Positions 8,779 to 19,133 are shown, counted from the first letter of the stretch. The stretch is 64,000 nt of DNA from Candidatus Binatia bacterium (GCA_963666515.2 OY762897.2:3355912-3419911), one strand, 5' to 3'. Program-made: numbers and translations. Notes: a model not told the origin generated them from the letters alone.

Positions 8779-10245
8779 CTATAGCGCCTCGGCCCCGAAC
8801 CGTTCGATGGTCTCCAGGGTCTCGCGGACGTCGTTCCAGGTGGTGTTGTGGTTGATGATGCACAGCCGGAGGGAAAACTTCCCGGCCAGCGTCGTCGATG
8901 AGATGAGCGCGCGGTCCTCCCAGAAGACGCGGGCGAGCACGTTGCGGTTGACCTTTTCCAGTGTCTCATCGTCGAGGTCCCGGCCGGCGGGGTTCACCCG
9001 GAAACACACGATCCCCAGCGATGCCGGGTTCAGCGTCTCGAGCATCGGGCTCTCCCGCACGTAATCGTCGGCCCGGGCCGCCAGCTCCATCCCCTGCGAC
9101 ACCGCCCGCCGGAACGCGGCCATCCCGAAGGTCTGCACCGACATCCATATCTTCAACGCTCGGGCCGAGCGGCTGAGCTGCAGGCCGCGGTCCGAAAAGT
9201 TCGGATGGTTGGCGCCCCAGATGGTGTCCTGGAGCACATCGTGGTGCACTTCGAACGCCCTTTCGAGCGTGGCGGCGTCCTTCACCAGCAGACCGCCCAC
9301 CTCGTAGGGCTGGAAAAACCACTTGTGGCCGTCCAGGTTCACCGAGTCGGCGCGCTCGATGCCGCGCAGGATTTCCTTGCCCCGCTCCGTCACTACCGCG
9401 AAGCCGCCGTAGGCGCCGTCTACGTGCAGCCAGATGCCCTCCGCCTCACAGAAATCGGCGATTTCCTCGAGCGGATCGATGGCTCCCGTGCTGCTGGCTC
9501 CGGCGTTGGCGCACACCGTGACGGGATTGAGGCCGGCGGCGCGGTCTTCGGCCACGGCGCGAGCCAGCGCATCCACGTCGAGGCGGAAACGTTCGTCCGT
9601 CGGCAGCAGCCGCGTGTGCTCCCGCCTGACGCCCGTGATCCTCGCGGCGCGGACCTGGGCGCTGTGGCTCTGGTCGCTCATGTACACGGTGGCGCCGTCG
9701 GGGTTGCCGGCGGCTTCCCTGGCCGCGACGAAGGCGTCCACGCTGGCCGCCGAGCCCCCGCTGGTCAGAAGCCCTCCGGCGCTGTCCGGGTAGCCGATCC
9801 AGCGCTTCAACCAGTCGATGACCACCAGCTCGATCTCGCTGGGACCGCTCGCCACCAGCCAGGTGCATTGGTTGAAGTTGTAGCCGGCGGCCATGAAGTC
9901 GGCCAGCACACTCGGCCACGTCGGCGACGACGGGATGAACGCGAAGCAACGCGGGTGATCCAGGCGCGTGGCGAACGGGAGCACCTCGCGCGCGACCCGG
10001 TCGATGACCTCCGCGCCCGGCCGGCCGTCCTCCGGCGGGTCCTCCTTGAGCGTGGCGTCGAGCGCCTGCTGGAAGTCCCCGTCCCAGGCGTTGTCCACGG
10101 GCAGGCCCTTGATTCGCTCCACCAGGATCTCCGCGGCCTTGCGCGCGAGTTCGAGCATGGCCTCGGGCGCCATCTCGAGGGGGCCGTGACCGGGCGTGTC
10201 CACTGCCGACCCTTTGCTGTCCTTGTCCTTGTTCGAATGGTCCAT
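8779..10245 (-). CDS. PLP-dependent group II amino-acid decarboxylase
   Basis: NLDGHKW lysine motif and HVDGAYGG. Start taken at MDHSNKDKD (10245); the longer ORF to 10518 is discounted. Confidence 0.85.
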   Translation of the reverse strand: MDHSNKDKDSKGSAVDTPGHGPLEMAPEAMLELARKAAEILVERIKGLPVDNAWDGDFQQALDATLKEDPPEDGRPGAEVIDRVAREVLPFATRLDHPRCFAFIPSSPTWPSVLADFMAAGYNFNQCTWLVASGPSEIELVVIDWLKRWIGYPDSAGGLLTSGGSAASVDAFVAAREAAGNPDGATVYMSDQSHSAQVRAARITGVRREHTRLLPTDERFRLDVDALARAVAEDRAAGLNPVTVCANAGASSTGAIDPLEEIADFCEAEGIWLHVDGAYGGFAVVTERGKEILRGIERADSVNLDGHKWFFQPYEVGGLLVKDAATLERAFEVHHDVLQDTIWGANHPNFSDRGLQLSRSARALKIWMSVQTFGMAAFRRAVSQGMELAARADDYVRESPMLETLNPASLGIVCFRVNPAGRDLDDETLEKVNRNVLARVFWEDRALISSTTLAGKFSLRLCIINHNTTWNDVRETLETIERFGAEAL

Positions 10246-10372
10246 GTCACCCGCGATAGCACATTCTCCCGGCACAAAGAAACCCGTGGTCACGTGACCG
10301 TTGGAGCGGGTCCTTGAACCTCCGCCGACCGGCGGGATAGACTGGCCGCCGACCCGCGATTGGGAGGATTTT

Positions 10373-11194
10373 ATGACCGAAGTCATCATGATCGGGACGG
10401 GAGTCCCGGAGCCCAACCCGAACCGGCAGGGTTCGTGCATCGCCATCATCATCGACGGGAAACCCATCCTGCTCGACTGCGGCCGCGGCGCGCTCACGCA
10501 GCTCGTCCGCGCGGGCATCGACCCGGCGCAGGTGGAGCAGGTGTTTCTCAGCCATCTCCACTACGACCACATCATCGGGCTTCCGGACCTGCTGCTGGGG
10601 AGCTGGATGGTGGGGCGCAGCACGGGCGTCGAAGTGTTCGGCCCGGCTGGGACCACGGCGTTCGTGGAAGGGCTCCTGGAAGCCTTCAAGATCGACATCC
10701 AGGGCCGCAAGGCCACCGGCACCAACTCGAAGTTCGAGGTCTCCACCCGCGAGATCGACGAGGGGCAGGTGTGGGAGACGCCGGACTGGAAACTCGACGC
10801 GGTGCGGGTGGTGCACATACCCGGCAGCCTGGGCTTCCGCGTGGACACCCGGGACCGTTCCATCGTGTTTTCCGGCGACACCCGGCCGTGCCCGGCGCTG
10901 GTGGAACTGGCCAGGGACTGCGACCTGCTCATCCACGAGGTGCTCTTCTCGCCGGAGATGGAGCAGAACGGCGCCCCCGCCGGCCGCCATCCGGAGTTCA
11001 TCCACCCCGAGTGGGCCAACCGCGTGCGCCATACCAAGCCGCATCAGGTAGGAAAGATCGCCGCCGAAGCCAACGCCGGGAAGCTCGTGCTCACCCATTT
11101 GTGGTCCGAGAAGGAAGAGGAGCGGCTCAAGGCCGAGGTAGCGGAGCACTACTCGGGCGAGGTCGTCGTGGCCCAGGACCTGATGCGAGTCTGA
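10373..11194 (+). CDS. MBL-fold metallo-hydrolase (RNase Z/ElaC-like)
   Basis: HLHYDH metal motif. GGGAGG RBS lies before the ATG at 10373. Confidence 0.8.
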   Translation: MTEVIMIGTGVPEPNPNRQGSCIAIIIDGKPILLDCGRGALTQLVRAGIDPAQVEQVFLSHLHYDHIIGLPDLLLGSWMVGRSTGVEVFGPAGTTAFVEGLLEAFKIDIQGRKATGTNSKFEVSTREIDEGQVWETPDWKLDAVRVVHIPGSLGFRVDTRDRSIVFSGDTRPCPALVELARDCDLLIHEVLFSPEMEQNGAPAGRHPEFIHPEWANRVRHTKPHQVGKIAAEANAGKLVLTHLWSEKEEERLKAEVAEHYSGEVVVAQDLMRV

Positions 11195-11283
11195 CCGGGC
11201 GTCCTCGCGGTGTAGTGGACCGACCCGCCGGTCGCCCCTACCCGCTACGACTGGATTACTTGGACAGGCTGCAGGCTGGCACC

Positions 11284-12369
11284 ATGACCCTGATCCTCAC
11301 CAACGAGGAGATCGAGAGCTGCTTCACCCTGGAGGAATGCTTCAGGGTGTTGGAGCCCGCGTTCATCGACCTGGGCAACGGCGCCGCCGCGAACCTGCCG
11401 CGCCAGGACCTGCTGGTGCCCGGGCCGCTGGAGGGCAGCTACCACGGCCTCAAGTCCGCCGGCGGGGCGATGCCACGGTTCGGCGTCACTGCCGCCCGGC
11501 TGACGTCCGACATCGTCACTTGGCCGGAGGTGGACGGCGAGCGGCGCCGGGTCAAGGTGCCGCTGGCCATGGGCAGCAAGTACGTGGGCTTGGTGTTCCT
11601 GTTCAGTACCGCCACCGGCGAGTTGCTGGCCATCTTTCCCGACGGCCTGGTCCAGGCCATCCGCGTTGGCGTCACCAACGCCTTGTCCGCCAAGTACATG
11701 GCGCGCCCGGAATCGTCGGTCCTGGCACTCTACGGCTCCGGCTGGCAGGCCCGGTCCGGACTGCTGTCCATGTGCACGGCCATGCCCATCCGCGAGGTGC
11801 GGGTCTACAGCCCCACGGAGGAGCACCGCTGGACCTTCGCTCGTGAAATGGACGGCCGGGTGGAGGCCCAGGTGAGCGCGGTGGACCTTCCCGAGCGCGC
11901 GGCGGAGGGAGCCGACATCGTGCTCCTCACCACCAACGCCCTGAAACCCTTTTTCCCGGCGGAGTGGGTCCGCGACGGCATGCACATCGCCACCGTCCGC
12001 TCCAGCGAGATGACCGTGGACGCGCTGCTGCGTTGCGACCGGCTGGTGGTGTCGAGCCGGGAAGCGGCCCGGCTGGTGACGCTGCCCGGTGAGGAGGAAC
12101 GTATCCCCGAAGCGGGTCAGGGCGACTACCGGCGCGAGGAGTTGGAGGACACCGAAGCCGACTGGAGCAAGAAACCGGAGTTGGGAGAAATCATGGCTGG
12201 GAAGGTAACAGGCAGGGAACGCGGGGCAGAGGTAACCTGCATGCTCAACTACGTCGGCCTCGGGCTCCAGTTCGCTGCCGCCGGAGCTCGGATTTACGAG
12301 CTGGCCAGGGAGCGCGGCCTCGGACGGGAGCTGCCCACCGAATGGTTCTCGCAGGACCTGCACTCGTAA
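11284..12369 (+). CDS. ornithine cyclodeaminase/mu-crystallin family protein
   Basis: The recognisable protein begins at MTLILTNEEIESC (ATG at 11284), within the 3' part of ORF 10360..12369. ALYGSGWQA Rossmann region. Confidence 0.8.
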   Translation: MTLILTNEEIESCFTLEECFRVLEPAFIDLGNGAAANLPRQDLLVPGPLEGSYHGLKSAGGAMPRFGVTAARLTSDIVTWPEVDGERRRVKVPLAMGSKYVGLVFLFSTATGELLAIFPDGLVQAIRVGVTNALSAKYMARPESSVLALYGSGWQARSGLLSMCTAMPIREVRVYSPTEEHRWTFAREMDGRVEAQVSAVDLPERAAEGADIVLLTTNALKPFFPAEWVRDGMHIATVRSSEMTVDALLRCDRLVVSSREAARLVTLPGEEERIPEAGQGDYRREELEDTEADWSKKPELGEIMAGKVTGRERGAEVTCMLNYVGLGLQFAAAGARIYELARERGLGRELPTEWFSQDLHS

Positions 12370-12419
12370 GCCCCGACGCATGACGGGCCTGCCGCGCAAT
12401 GCCGCACTATGCTTCCGAC

Positions 12420-12827
12420 CTACGGGAAGAAGATCAGCTTCACCAGCAGCGCGACGATGGCCGGTTGGAAAGTGAAGACCGCCAGCTTGAGCACGGCGAC
12501 ACTCTTATCGAGCTTGGCGATGTCTTCTCTCATGGATTTCTCCAACCTTGCCATGTCCTCCTTGGTGGACAACTCCAGCCTTGCCATGGCCTCCTTTGTG
12601 GATAACTCCAGCCTTGCGATGTTCGCCTTCGTCGCATTCTCCAAGTCGGACATGTCTGACCTGAGCACGTGCTCCAGTTTGGCAACATCTTGCTCCAATC
12701 TGGAAATGTCTTCCTTGGTAGCGAGGCGATCACCGTGCGGGATCGCGGCTGCCGCCGCCTTGGCCTTCTCCTTGGAAGCTCCAGCTTCGACCAGCGCCTC
12801 GTAGACTTCCAGAACAATCACAGTCAT
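12420..12827 (-). CDS. DUF1640-like coiled-coil protein with C-terminal membrane anchor
   Basis: 11-aa repeats (RLELSTKEAMA / RLELSTKEDMA / RLEKSMREDIA) followed by the hydrophobic tail LAVFTFQPAIVALLVKLIFF. Start choice (M18 of the ORF) is uncertain. Confidence 0.55.
   Translation of the reverse strand: MTVIVLEVYEALVEAGASKEKAKAAAAAIPHGDRLATKEDISRLEQDVAKLEHVLRSDMSDLENATKANIARLELSTKEAMARLELSTKEDMARLEKSMREDIAKLDKSVAVLKLAVFTFQPAIVALLVKLIFFP
12540..12638. repeat. 33-bp tandem repeat (about 3 units) inside the DUF1640-like gene
   Basis: CTCCA(A/G)CCTTGCCATG(T/G)CCTCCTT(G/T)GTGGA(C/T)AA at 12540-12572 and 12573-12605, with a third, degenerate unit following. Confidence 0.6.
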
Positions 12828-13038
12828 GGCTCCATCCCGGCCAACTCCAGCCATTGTAGTTCGATAATTCAAAAACACAACCTCGATGCAAAGACAGTCT
12901 CCGAGCGCAACGGACGGGCACTGTCCTCATAGTCATGAATCGGCACTCCCGTACCGTTCTTTAGCCCAGAGCGTTCTTTTTCCGGCGGGAGCCGGATTCG
13001 TAACGACGTCCACGCCGGGCAGCGTCGCCGGGTTGGGC

Positions 13039-14028
13039 TTACGGAATCAGCAGGATCTTGCCGGTGGTGTTTCGGGATGCCAGCAGGCGGTGGGCCTCGG
13101 CGGCCCGGGAAAGCGGCAGCGTGGCGCCGATGCGGACGGCAAGCTTTCCGGCCTCGATCCACCGGAGTACGTCTCCGGCTCGGGCGAGGATCTCGGCTCG
13201 GTCGGTGGTGTGGTGGGTAAGGCTCGGGCGGCTGAGGGAGAGAGAGCCCTTGGCGTTGAGGATGGCGGTGTCGAAGGGCGGCACGGCGCCGCTGGACTGG
13301 CCGTAGATCACCATGCGGCCGCGCGGCGCCAGGGCGTCGAGGCTCTTCTCGAAGGTGCTCTTTCCCACCGAGTCGTAGACGGCGTTGACGCCGCGGCCGC
13401 CGGTGAGACGGCGCGCCTCGGCGGCGAAGTCCTGGCTGGTGTAGTCGATGACCGCATCGGCGCCGGCTTCCTCGGCGATGCGCGCTTTCTCGGTGGTCGA
13501 CACGGTGCCGAACACGCGCGCGCCGCGCATCTTGGCCATCTGGATCAGCAGCAGTCCGGTGCCGCCGGCGGCGGCGTGGACGAGCACCGTGTCCCCGACG
13601 CCTACCGTATAGGTGTCGCGGGAGAGGTAGTGCGCGGTCATGCCTTGGAGCATGGCGGCGGCCGCGGATCGGAGGTCCACCGCCTCGGGCACCCGCACCA
13701 GGTGACGCTCCGGCACCGCGGCCAACTCGGCGTAGGAGCCGTATCCGTTGGAGATGCCGTAGGCGACCCGGTCGCCGACCTGGATCTCGTACACGTCCGG
13801 CCCGACGGCGAGCACGGTGCCGGCGCCCTCGGCGCCGGGGATGTACGGGAGCGGGCGCTGGTGATGGCCGCCCCAGTGGAAACCCGAGCGGTAGTAGATG
13901 TCCAGGTAGTTGACGCCGCAGACCGCGACCTTCACCAGCGCCTCGCCCGGCCCGGGCTCGGGGTCCTCCACCTCCTCGTAGCGGAGCACCTCCGGGCCGC
14001 CCAGCTCGTGCACCCGGACGGCCTTCAT
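13039..14028 (-). CDS. NADPH:quinone oxidoreductase (zinc-type ADH/MDR superfamily)
   Basis: MKAVRVHELGGPEVL, AAAGGTG nucleotide motif and a typical length of about 329 aa. Confidence 0.85.
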   Translation of the reverse strand: MKAVRVHELGGPEVLRYEEVEDPEPGPGEALVKVAVCGVNYLDIYYRSGFHWGGHHQRPLPYIPGAEGAGTVLAVGPDVYEIQVGDRVAYGISNGYGSYAELAAVPERHLVRVPEAVDLRSAAAAMLQGMTAHYLSRDTYTVGVGDTVLVHAAAGGTGLLLIQMAKMRGARVFGTVSTTEKARIAEEAGADAVIDYTSQDFAAEARRLTGGRGVNAVYDSVGKSTFEKSLDALAPRGRMVIYGQSSGAVPPFDTAILNAKGSLSLSRPSLTHHTTDRAEILARAGDVLRWIEAGKLAVRIGATLPLSRAAEAHRLLASRNTTGKILLIP

Positions 14029-14044
14029 CGCGGACCGCGCGCCA

Positions 14045-14743
14045 TCAGTCCAGCAGCGCCACCACCCGGGCCGGGGCGGACTCGGTCTTCCACTTGGCCG
14101 GGAGCGCGATGATTTTGGCGGTGGGGCCGATCTGGTCCAGGTTGATGAGGTTCTCGATCTGGCAGGTCACCTTGGGCAGGATCGTGCGGTGCACGGTCAT
14201 GCCGCTGCCCAGGATCTCGTCGGCGTGCTGGTAGTCCGAGCCCTTCTCCTCCTGGGCGAAGTCGTAGCCGATGACCGCGGGCTGCTTGTCCACGACCCAC
14301 TGGGCCGCCTCCCGGGAGAGGAACGGCGAGTCGTTCCACCAGGAGGGATCGGTGGTCCGGTGCCCCTTGGGCCAGTCGGTGCGCAGCAGCAGGATGCCGC
14401 CGGGCTCGATCGCCACCCCCTGCTCGGCCAGCGCCGCCTCGGCCCGTTCCATGTCCTCCGGCGTGATGCGCGCGCCGGGCTGGCAACGGAAAGACAGGTC
14501 CAGGACCACCGCCGTGCCTATCAGCGGCTCCAGCGGAAGCTGCTCCACCGACGGCTTGTCGCGGAAGAAGTGGTGCGGCGAATCGATGTGCGTGCCCGCG
14601 TGAACGGTCAGCTCCACGAGGTTGGAGACGAACCCCTTGTCCTCCCAGTCGATGATGGGCTTGATCCTGAAGTAGGTCTCGTCGGGGGCGAACGGAGCCG
14701 AGTCGCACTCCTCTACGGTCATGCTGAGATCGACGATACGCAT
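14045..14743 (-). CDS. cyclase family protein (kynurenine-formamidase-like)
   Basis: HAGTHIDSPHH motif. Start taken at MRIVDLS. Confidence 0.8.
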   Translation of the reverse strand: MRIVDLSMTVEECDSAPFAPDETYFRIKPIIDWEDKGFVSNLVELTVHAGTHIDSPHHFFRDKPSVEQLPLEPLIGTAVVLDLSFRCQPGARITPEDMERAEAALAEQGVAIEPGGILLLRTDWPKGHRTTDPSWWNDSPFLSREAAQWVVDKQPAVIGYDFAQEEKGSDYQHADEILGSGMTVHRTILPKVTCQIENLINLDQIGPTAKIIALPAKWKTESAPARVVALLD

Positions 14744-14878
14744 GGAAAAGGCTCCTTTCCGCAAGACAAACGGCTCGCGTCCTTATATCATTGCACGGCG
14801 TCCGAAAGTCAACGCGCGGTGAGCCGTCCGGCGTCCTCCGGCGGACCCCCGGCAACACACATCGAAGGAGGCGACAGC

Positions 14879-15166
14879 ATGATCTACGAAGTGAGGATGC
14901 AGACGGTGGACCCCGACAGGCGCAGCGAGTACGTGCAGGCATACAAGGAAGCCATCCAGTCCAGCAAGGAAGCGGGATGCCACGGCGGGCTGATCATGTG
15001 CAGCGACGACGATCCCTCCAGAGTCATGGTCCTGCTCCACTGGCCGACCCGCGAGCACCACGAACGCTGGCGCGGCACGCCGACCCACGTGAAGTTCCGC
15101 CAGACCATCGACCCCTGGCAGACCCAGCCCAGCGTCGGCGACTACTATGTGGCGGAGACCATATGA
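14879..15166 (+). CDS. ABM-domain (antibiotic-biosynthesis-monooxygenase-like) small protein
   Basis: 95-aa ORF with a GAAGGAGG RBS. Ferredoxin-like ABM pattern (MVLLHW...H..W). Confidence 0.6.
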   Translation: MIYEVRMQTVDPDRRSEYVQAYKEAIQSSKEAGCHGGLIMCSDDDPSRVMVLLHWPTREHHERWRGTPTHVKFRQTIDPWQTQPSVGDYYVAETI

Positions 15167-15206
15167 TGTGCTGTCCATATCATATGATTGACCCCGGACA
15201 TTGACC

Positions 15207-17507
15207 ATGGACGTCGATCCCATCCGCTACGAGATGTTTCTGCACCGCCTGTGGGCGGTGGGCGAGGAGGGGCGCTCCACCCTCCAGCGCGTCACCGCCT
15301 CGCCCATCGTGGCCCAGGGCGGCGAGGTCATGAGCTCGTTCTACGACGCCGAGGGCAAGATGGTGCTGGCCTGCTCCGGCCACCTGCGGTTCGCCGCCGC
15401 CACCTCGGACGCCATCAAGTACCTCATCGAGTGGTACGGCGAGTCGCCGGGGTTCCACGACGGCGACCAGCTCTTCTTCAACGACCCCTACGTGGCCGGC
15501 TCCCACACCTACGACATGATGGTGATCAAGCCCATCTTCCTGGACGGGCGCCTGATCGCCTGGATCGCCACCAGCACCCACACCGCGGACACCGGCGGGG
15601 TGCTGCGGGGCGCGGCCCTGGAGATCTTCCACGAGGGCATCCGTATCCTGGGGGTCAAGGTGGTGGAGCGGGGCGAGTTCCGCGAGGACGTGTTCCGCAC
15701 CCTCACCGAGCAGTGCCGGGACCCGCAGTACGTGGGGCTTGACATCAAGGCCATGATCGCGGGCAACAACGTGTGCGCTTCCCGCTACCTGAGTCTGGTG
15801 GAGAAGTTCGGCCTGGAGTTCATCGAGGCGGCGGGGGAGAAGACGCTGGCGGACGCCGAGGAGATGGCGCGCGCCAAGCTGCGCTCGCTGCCCGACGGCG
15901 TCTGGCGCTCGCGGGTCTACTACTCCGCGCGCGAGGCCGACCAGTCCGACGCCGACATCATCGCCGTCATCTGCGCCGTCACCAAGAAGGGTGACTCCCT
16001 GGACATCGACCTCGACGGCACCAGCCCCCAGACCTCCGGGGACACCAACTCGACCCTGCCGAGCACGGTGGCGCACCTGAACATCGCGCTCACCAACCAG
16101 CTCTTCTGGGACGTCCCGTGGAACGACGGCAAGCTGGCGCCCATCCGCATGAGGGTGCCCGAAGGCTCGGTGCTGAACTGCACCTTCCCCGCGGCCTGCG
16201 GCTTGGCGCCCATGATCGGCGGCATGTTCGTGGCCGCGGTCAGCGAGTGCCTGGCCAAGATGCTCTATGCCGCCGGACGGAAGGACGACGTAAACGCCGG
16301 CTGGTTCGGCGCCTGGTACTCGGGCGGCCCGGGCTTCATGTACGGCGGCCACAACCGGGAGGGGCTGGCCAACGCCCAGGGGCTCTACGACGTGCACGGC
16401 GGCGGCCTCGGCGCCACCCCGGACCGGGACGGCGTGAACACCGGCGGCCACATGAACATCCCGTCCGGCGGCATCTCCGACATCGAGCGCATCGAGATGC
16501 AGTACCCGTTCATCTACCTGGCGCGCAGGCACGTGAAGGACGGCTCGGGCTTCGGCAAGCATCGCGGCGGCTACGGCAGCGAGCGGCTGCTGTTCGTCTA
16601 CGGCTCCGCCGACGTTTCCGCCAACTACCGCCCCTACGGCGCGGTGCCCAACGGCTTCGGGCTGTTCGGCGGCTATCCCGCGGGCTTCGGCGGCAACCGG
16701 GCGCTTTACCGCACCGAGGGCCTGCTGGAGCGCCTGCGCGAGGGCGCCTACCCCACGGGCGCCGACGAGCTGCAGGGCCTGGACTGGTGCCGGCTGGACC
16801 TGCCCGAGGGCTTCCGGCCGCGGGTGCCGATCCCCGAGATGACCTTCGTCACCGACGTCACCCAGAGCGGCGGCGGGTTCGGCGACCCGCTGGAGCGGGA
16901 CCCCGCGCAGGTGGAGCGTGACGTCCGCACCGGCCGTACCAGCGCCGACGTAGCCGACCGGATCTACGGCGTCAGGCTCGACGGCGACGGCCGGGTGGAC
17001 GCCGCCGCCACCGCGGAGCGGCGGGAGGAACTGCGGGCCGAGCGGCTGGCCCGGGGGTCCCGTCCCGCCGGCGACGCCGGTGACGGCAGCGCCAAGGGCC
17101 TCGCCGGTGCCTCGATTTCCGCAATCGACCCAGGCGCTCCGGCCGTCGCGGCCGGCGCCCGCGCAACCGGCGCGGAGGTCATTCTGCACGTGCACGAGTA
17201 CCTCGATCTGGTCAGGGCCGGAGGCCGCCTCGTGGTGTGCTGCCGCAAGTGCGCCCGCGTGTTCTGCGACGGCGGGGAGAACTACAAGCGCGGCGCCGTC
17301 GAGATCACCATGGACCTGGAAGAAGTGGCCGGCCAGCGCGTCCCCTCCGGCGAGCCCTATCGCGGCGTGCTGCTGGGCTATGTCTGTCCCGGTTGTGCCA
17401 CGCTGCTGCAGGTCGACGTCTTCTGCCCCACCCGCGACGACCAGCGGCCCCTCTGGGACATCCAGCTCGACTGCTCGACGTTCGCGTCGAGTCCCCCCAA
17501 TTTGTGA
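15207..17507 (+). CDS. hydantoinase B/oxoprolinase family protein with a C-terminal acetone-carboxylase-gamma-like Cys4 zinc domain
   Basis: HyuB-type N-terminus (DPIRYEMFLHRL, NDPYVAGSHTYD). The C-terminal roughly 110 aa contain CCRKC...YVCPGCATLLQVDV. Confidence 0.8.
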   Translation: MDVDPIRYEMFLHRLWAVGEEGRSTLQRVTASPIVAQGGEVMSSFYDAEGKMVLACSGHLRFAAATSDAIKYLIEWYGESPGFHDGDQLFFNDPYVAGSHTYDMMVIKPIFLDGRLIAWIATSTHTADTGGVLRGAALEIFHEGIRILGVKVVERGEFREDVFRTLTEQCRDPQYVGLDIKAMIAGNNVCASRYLSLVEKFGLEFIEAAGEKTLADAEEMARAKLRSLPDGVWRSRVYYSAREADQSDADIIAVICAVTKKGDSLDIDLDGTSPQTSGDTNSTLPSTVAHLNIALTNQLFWDVPWNDGKLAPIRMRVPEGSVLNCTFPAACGLAPMIGGMFVAAVSECLAKMLYAAGRKDDVNAGWFGAWYSGGPGFMYGGHNREGLANAQGLYDVHGGGLGATPDRDGVNTGGHMNIPSGGISDIERIEMQYPFIYLARRHVKDGSGFGKHRGGYGSERLLFVYGSADVSANYRPYGAVPNGFGLFGGYPAGFGGNRALYRTEGLLERLREGAYPTGADELQGLDWCRLDLPEGFRPRVPIPEMTFVTDVTQSGGGFGDPLERDPAQVERDVRTGRTSADVADRIYGVRLDGDGRVDAAATAERREELRAERLARGSRPAGDAGDGSAKGLAGASISAIDPGAPAVAAGARATGAEVILHVHEYLDLVRAGGRLVVCCRKCARVFCDGGENYKRGAVEITMDLEEVAGQRVPSGEPYRGVLLGYVCPGCATLLQVDVFCPTRDDQRPLWDIQLDCSTFASSPPNL

Positions 17508-17540
17508 GACAGTTGCGAACTCCGTAAGGGAAACCCATCC

Positions 17541-19133
17541 ATGCACCGAATCATCAGCTCGCTGGCCGGAGCGCTCTTCATCGTCCTGGCCTTCGCCGCG
17601 CCGGTCCAGGCGGAGACGCTGCGGGACACGCTGGTCATGGCCAGGGACCTGGGCGACCTCATCACCCTGGATCCCGCCGAATCGTTCGAGATCTCCACCG
17701 GCGAGATCATCGCCAACATCTACGACCGGATCATGATGTTTGAGCCGGAAGACATGCGCCAGCTTGCCGGCGGCGTGACCGAGAGCCACGAGGTGAGCGG
17801 CGACGGCAAGACCATCACCTTCCGGATACGAGACGGCCTGCGCTTCCATTCCGGCAATCCGGTGCGCCCGGAGGACGTCGAATTCTCCATCGAGCGCGCC
17901 GTGAAGCTGGCCAAGACGCCTGCCTTCATCTTCACCCAGCTCGGCTGGAACGACGACAACGTGGAGGAACTGATCGAAGTGGTGGACGGCCGGCACGTCC
18001 GCATCACCGTCGTCGAGGGGTTCTCCCCGGTGCTGGTGCTGAACACGCTCTCCGCCGGCATCGCCTCGGTGGTCGACAAGGAACTCGTGCTCGCCCACGA
18101 GAAAGACGGCGACCTCGGCAACGGGTGGCTCAGGGCCAACAGCGCCGGCTCCGGCCCGTTCAGGCTGTACCGCTGGAAGGCCGGCGAGACCGTGGTCCTG
18201 GACGCCAATCCCGGCTACCGCCACGGCGCGCCCGGGGTGAACCGCGTCATCCTGCGCCACGTGCCGGAGCCGGCCGCGCAGCGGCGGCTGCTCGAGAACG
18301 GCGACGTCGACATGGCGCGCAACCTCACGCCCGAACTAGTCCGGGAGATCGAGGGCCGCGCGGACCTCGCCGTCGACGGCCATCCCAAGGGCACCATCAT
18401 CTACCTCGCGGCCAACGCGTCACATCCCGTCCTCGGCAAGACCCGGGTCGTGCAGGCGTTGCGTCACGCGGCGGACTACCACGGCATGGCGGATTCGTTC
18501 CTCGCCGGCCAGTTCGTGGTGCACCAGGCGTTCTGGCCGCGTGGCCTGTGGGCGGCCCACACCGGGACGCCATACCGGCTCGACCTGGCCAAGGCGAAGT
18601 CGCTGCTCGCGGCCGCGGGCCATGCCGGCGGTTTCGAGGTGCGCATCGACACGCTCACCAACCCGCCGTTCCCGGAGATCGCCCGGTCGCTGCAGGCCAC
18701 TTTCGCCCAGGTGGGCATCAAGGCTCGAATCGTGACACAGGAGGGCAGGACGCTCTGGCCGAAGTACCGCACGCGCGGGCATGAGCTGATCCTGGCGCCG
18801 TGGTCGCCGGACTACGTGGACCCGCATTCCAACGCGGGGGCCTTTGCGCACAACCCGGACAATCGGGTCGAGGCCAATCTCGCCGGCGTGGTCGCGTGGC
18901 GCAACGCGTGGGCGCGCGACGACATCAACGCAATGGCGGTGGCGGCGCGCGACGAGCGGGACCCGGAGAGGCGCGCGCAACTCTACGTGGACCTCCAGAA
19001 GCGCCTTCAAGTCGAAGGACCGTACGTGATCCTGTTCCAGCAGAACGAACAGGTCGCGCGCCGCACGAACGTCGCGGGCTTCGTCTCCGGTTCGAACTTC
19101 GACCTGGTCTACTACCGCAACGTAACCAAGTAG
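17541..19133 (+). CDS. ABC transporter substrate-binding protein, family 5 (peptide/nickel type)
   Basis: Signal peptide, 530 aa, typical family-5 blocks (VTFRIRDGLRFHSGNPV, WSPDYVDP). No permease or ATPase gene is adjacent. Confidence 0.85.
   Translation: MHRIISSLAGALFIVLAFAAPVQAETLRDTLVMARDLGDLITLDPAESFEISTGEIIANIYDRIMMFEPEDMRQLAGGVTESHEVSGDGKTITFRIRDGLRFHSGNPVRPEDVEFSIERAVKLAKTPAFIFTQLGWNDDNVEELIEVVDGRHVRITVVEGFSPVLVLNTLSAGIASVVDKELVLAHEKDGDLGNGWLRANSAGSGPFRLYRWKAGETVVLDANPGYRHGAPGVNRVILRHVPEPAAQRRLLENGDVDMARNLTPELVREIEGRADLAVDGHPKGTIIYLAANASHPVLGKTRVVQALRHAADYHGMADSFLAGQFVVHQAFWPRGLWAAHTGTPYRLDLAKAKSLLAAAGHAGGFEVRIDTLTNPPFPEIARSLQATFAQVGIKARIVTQEGRTLWPKYRTRGHELILAPWSPDYVDPHSNAGAFAHNPDNRVEANLAGVVAWRNAWARDDINAMAVAARDERDPERRAQLYVDLQKRLQVEGPYVILFQQNEQVARRTNVAGFVSGSNFDLVYYRNVTK

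Noticed and set aside
8779-10518. Long N-terminal extensions offered by the ORF track. Examples: 8779..10518, 39053..41278, 32432..33778, 36741..37649, 46332..48173, 61120..62337, 10360..12369, 33255..34535.
   Set aside because: The homology-like sequence begins at internal starts with Shine-Dalgarno motifs. The extensions are Arg/Pro-rich or overlap neighbouring genes.
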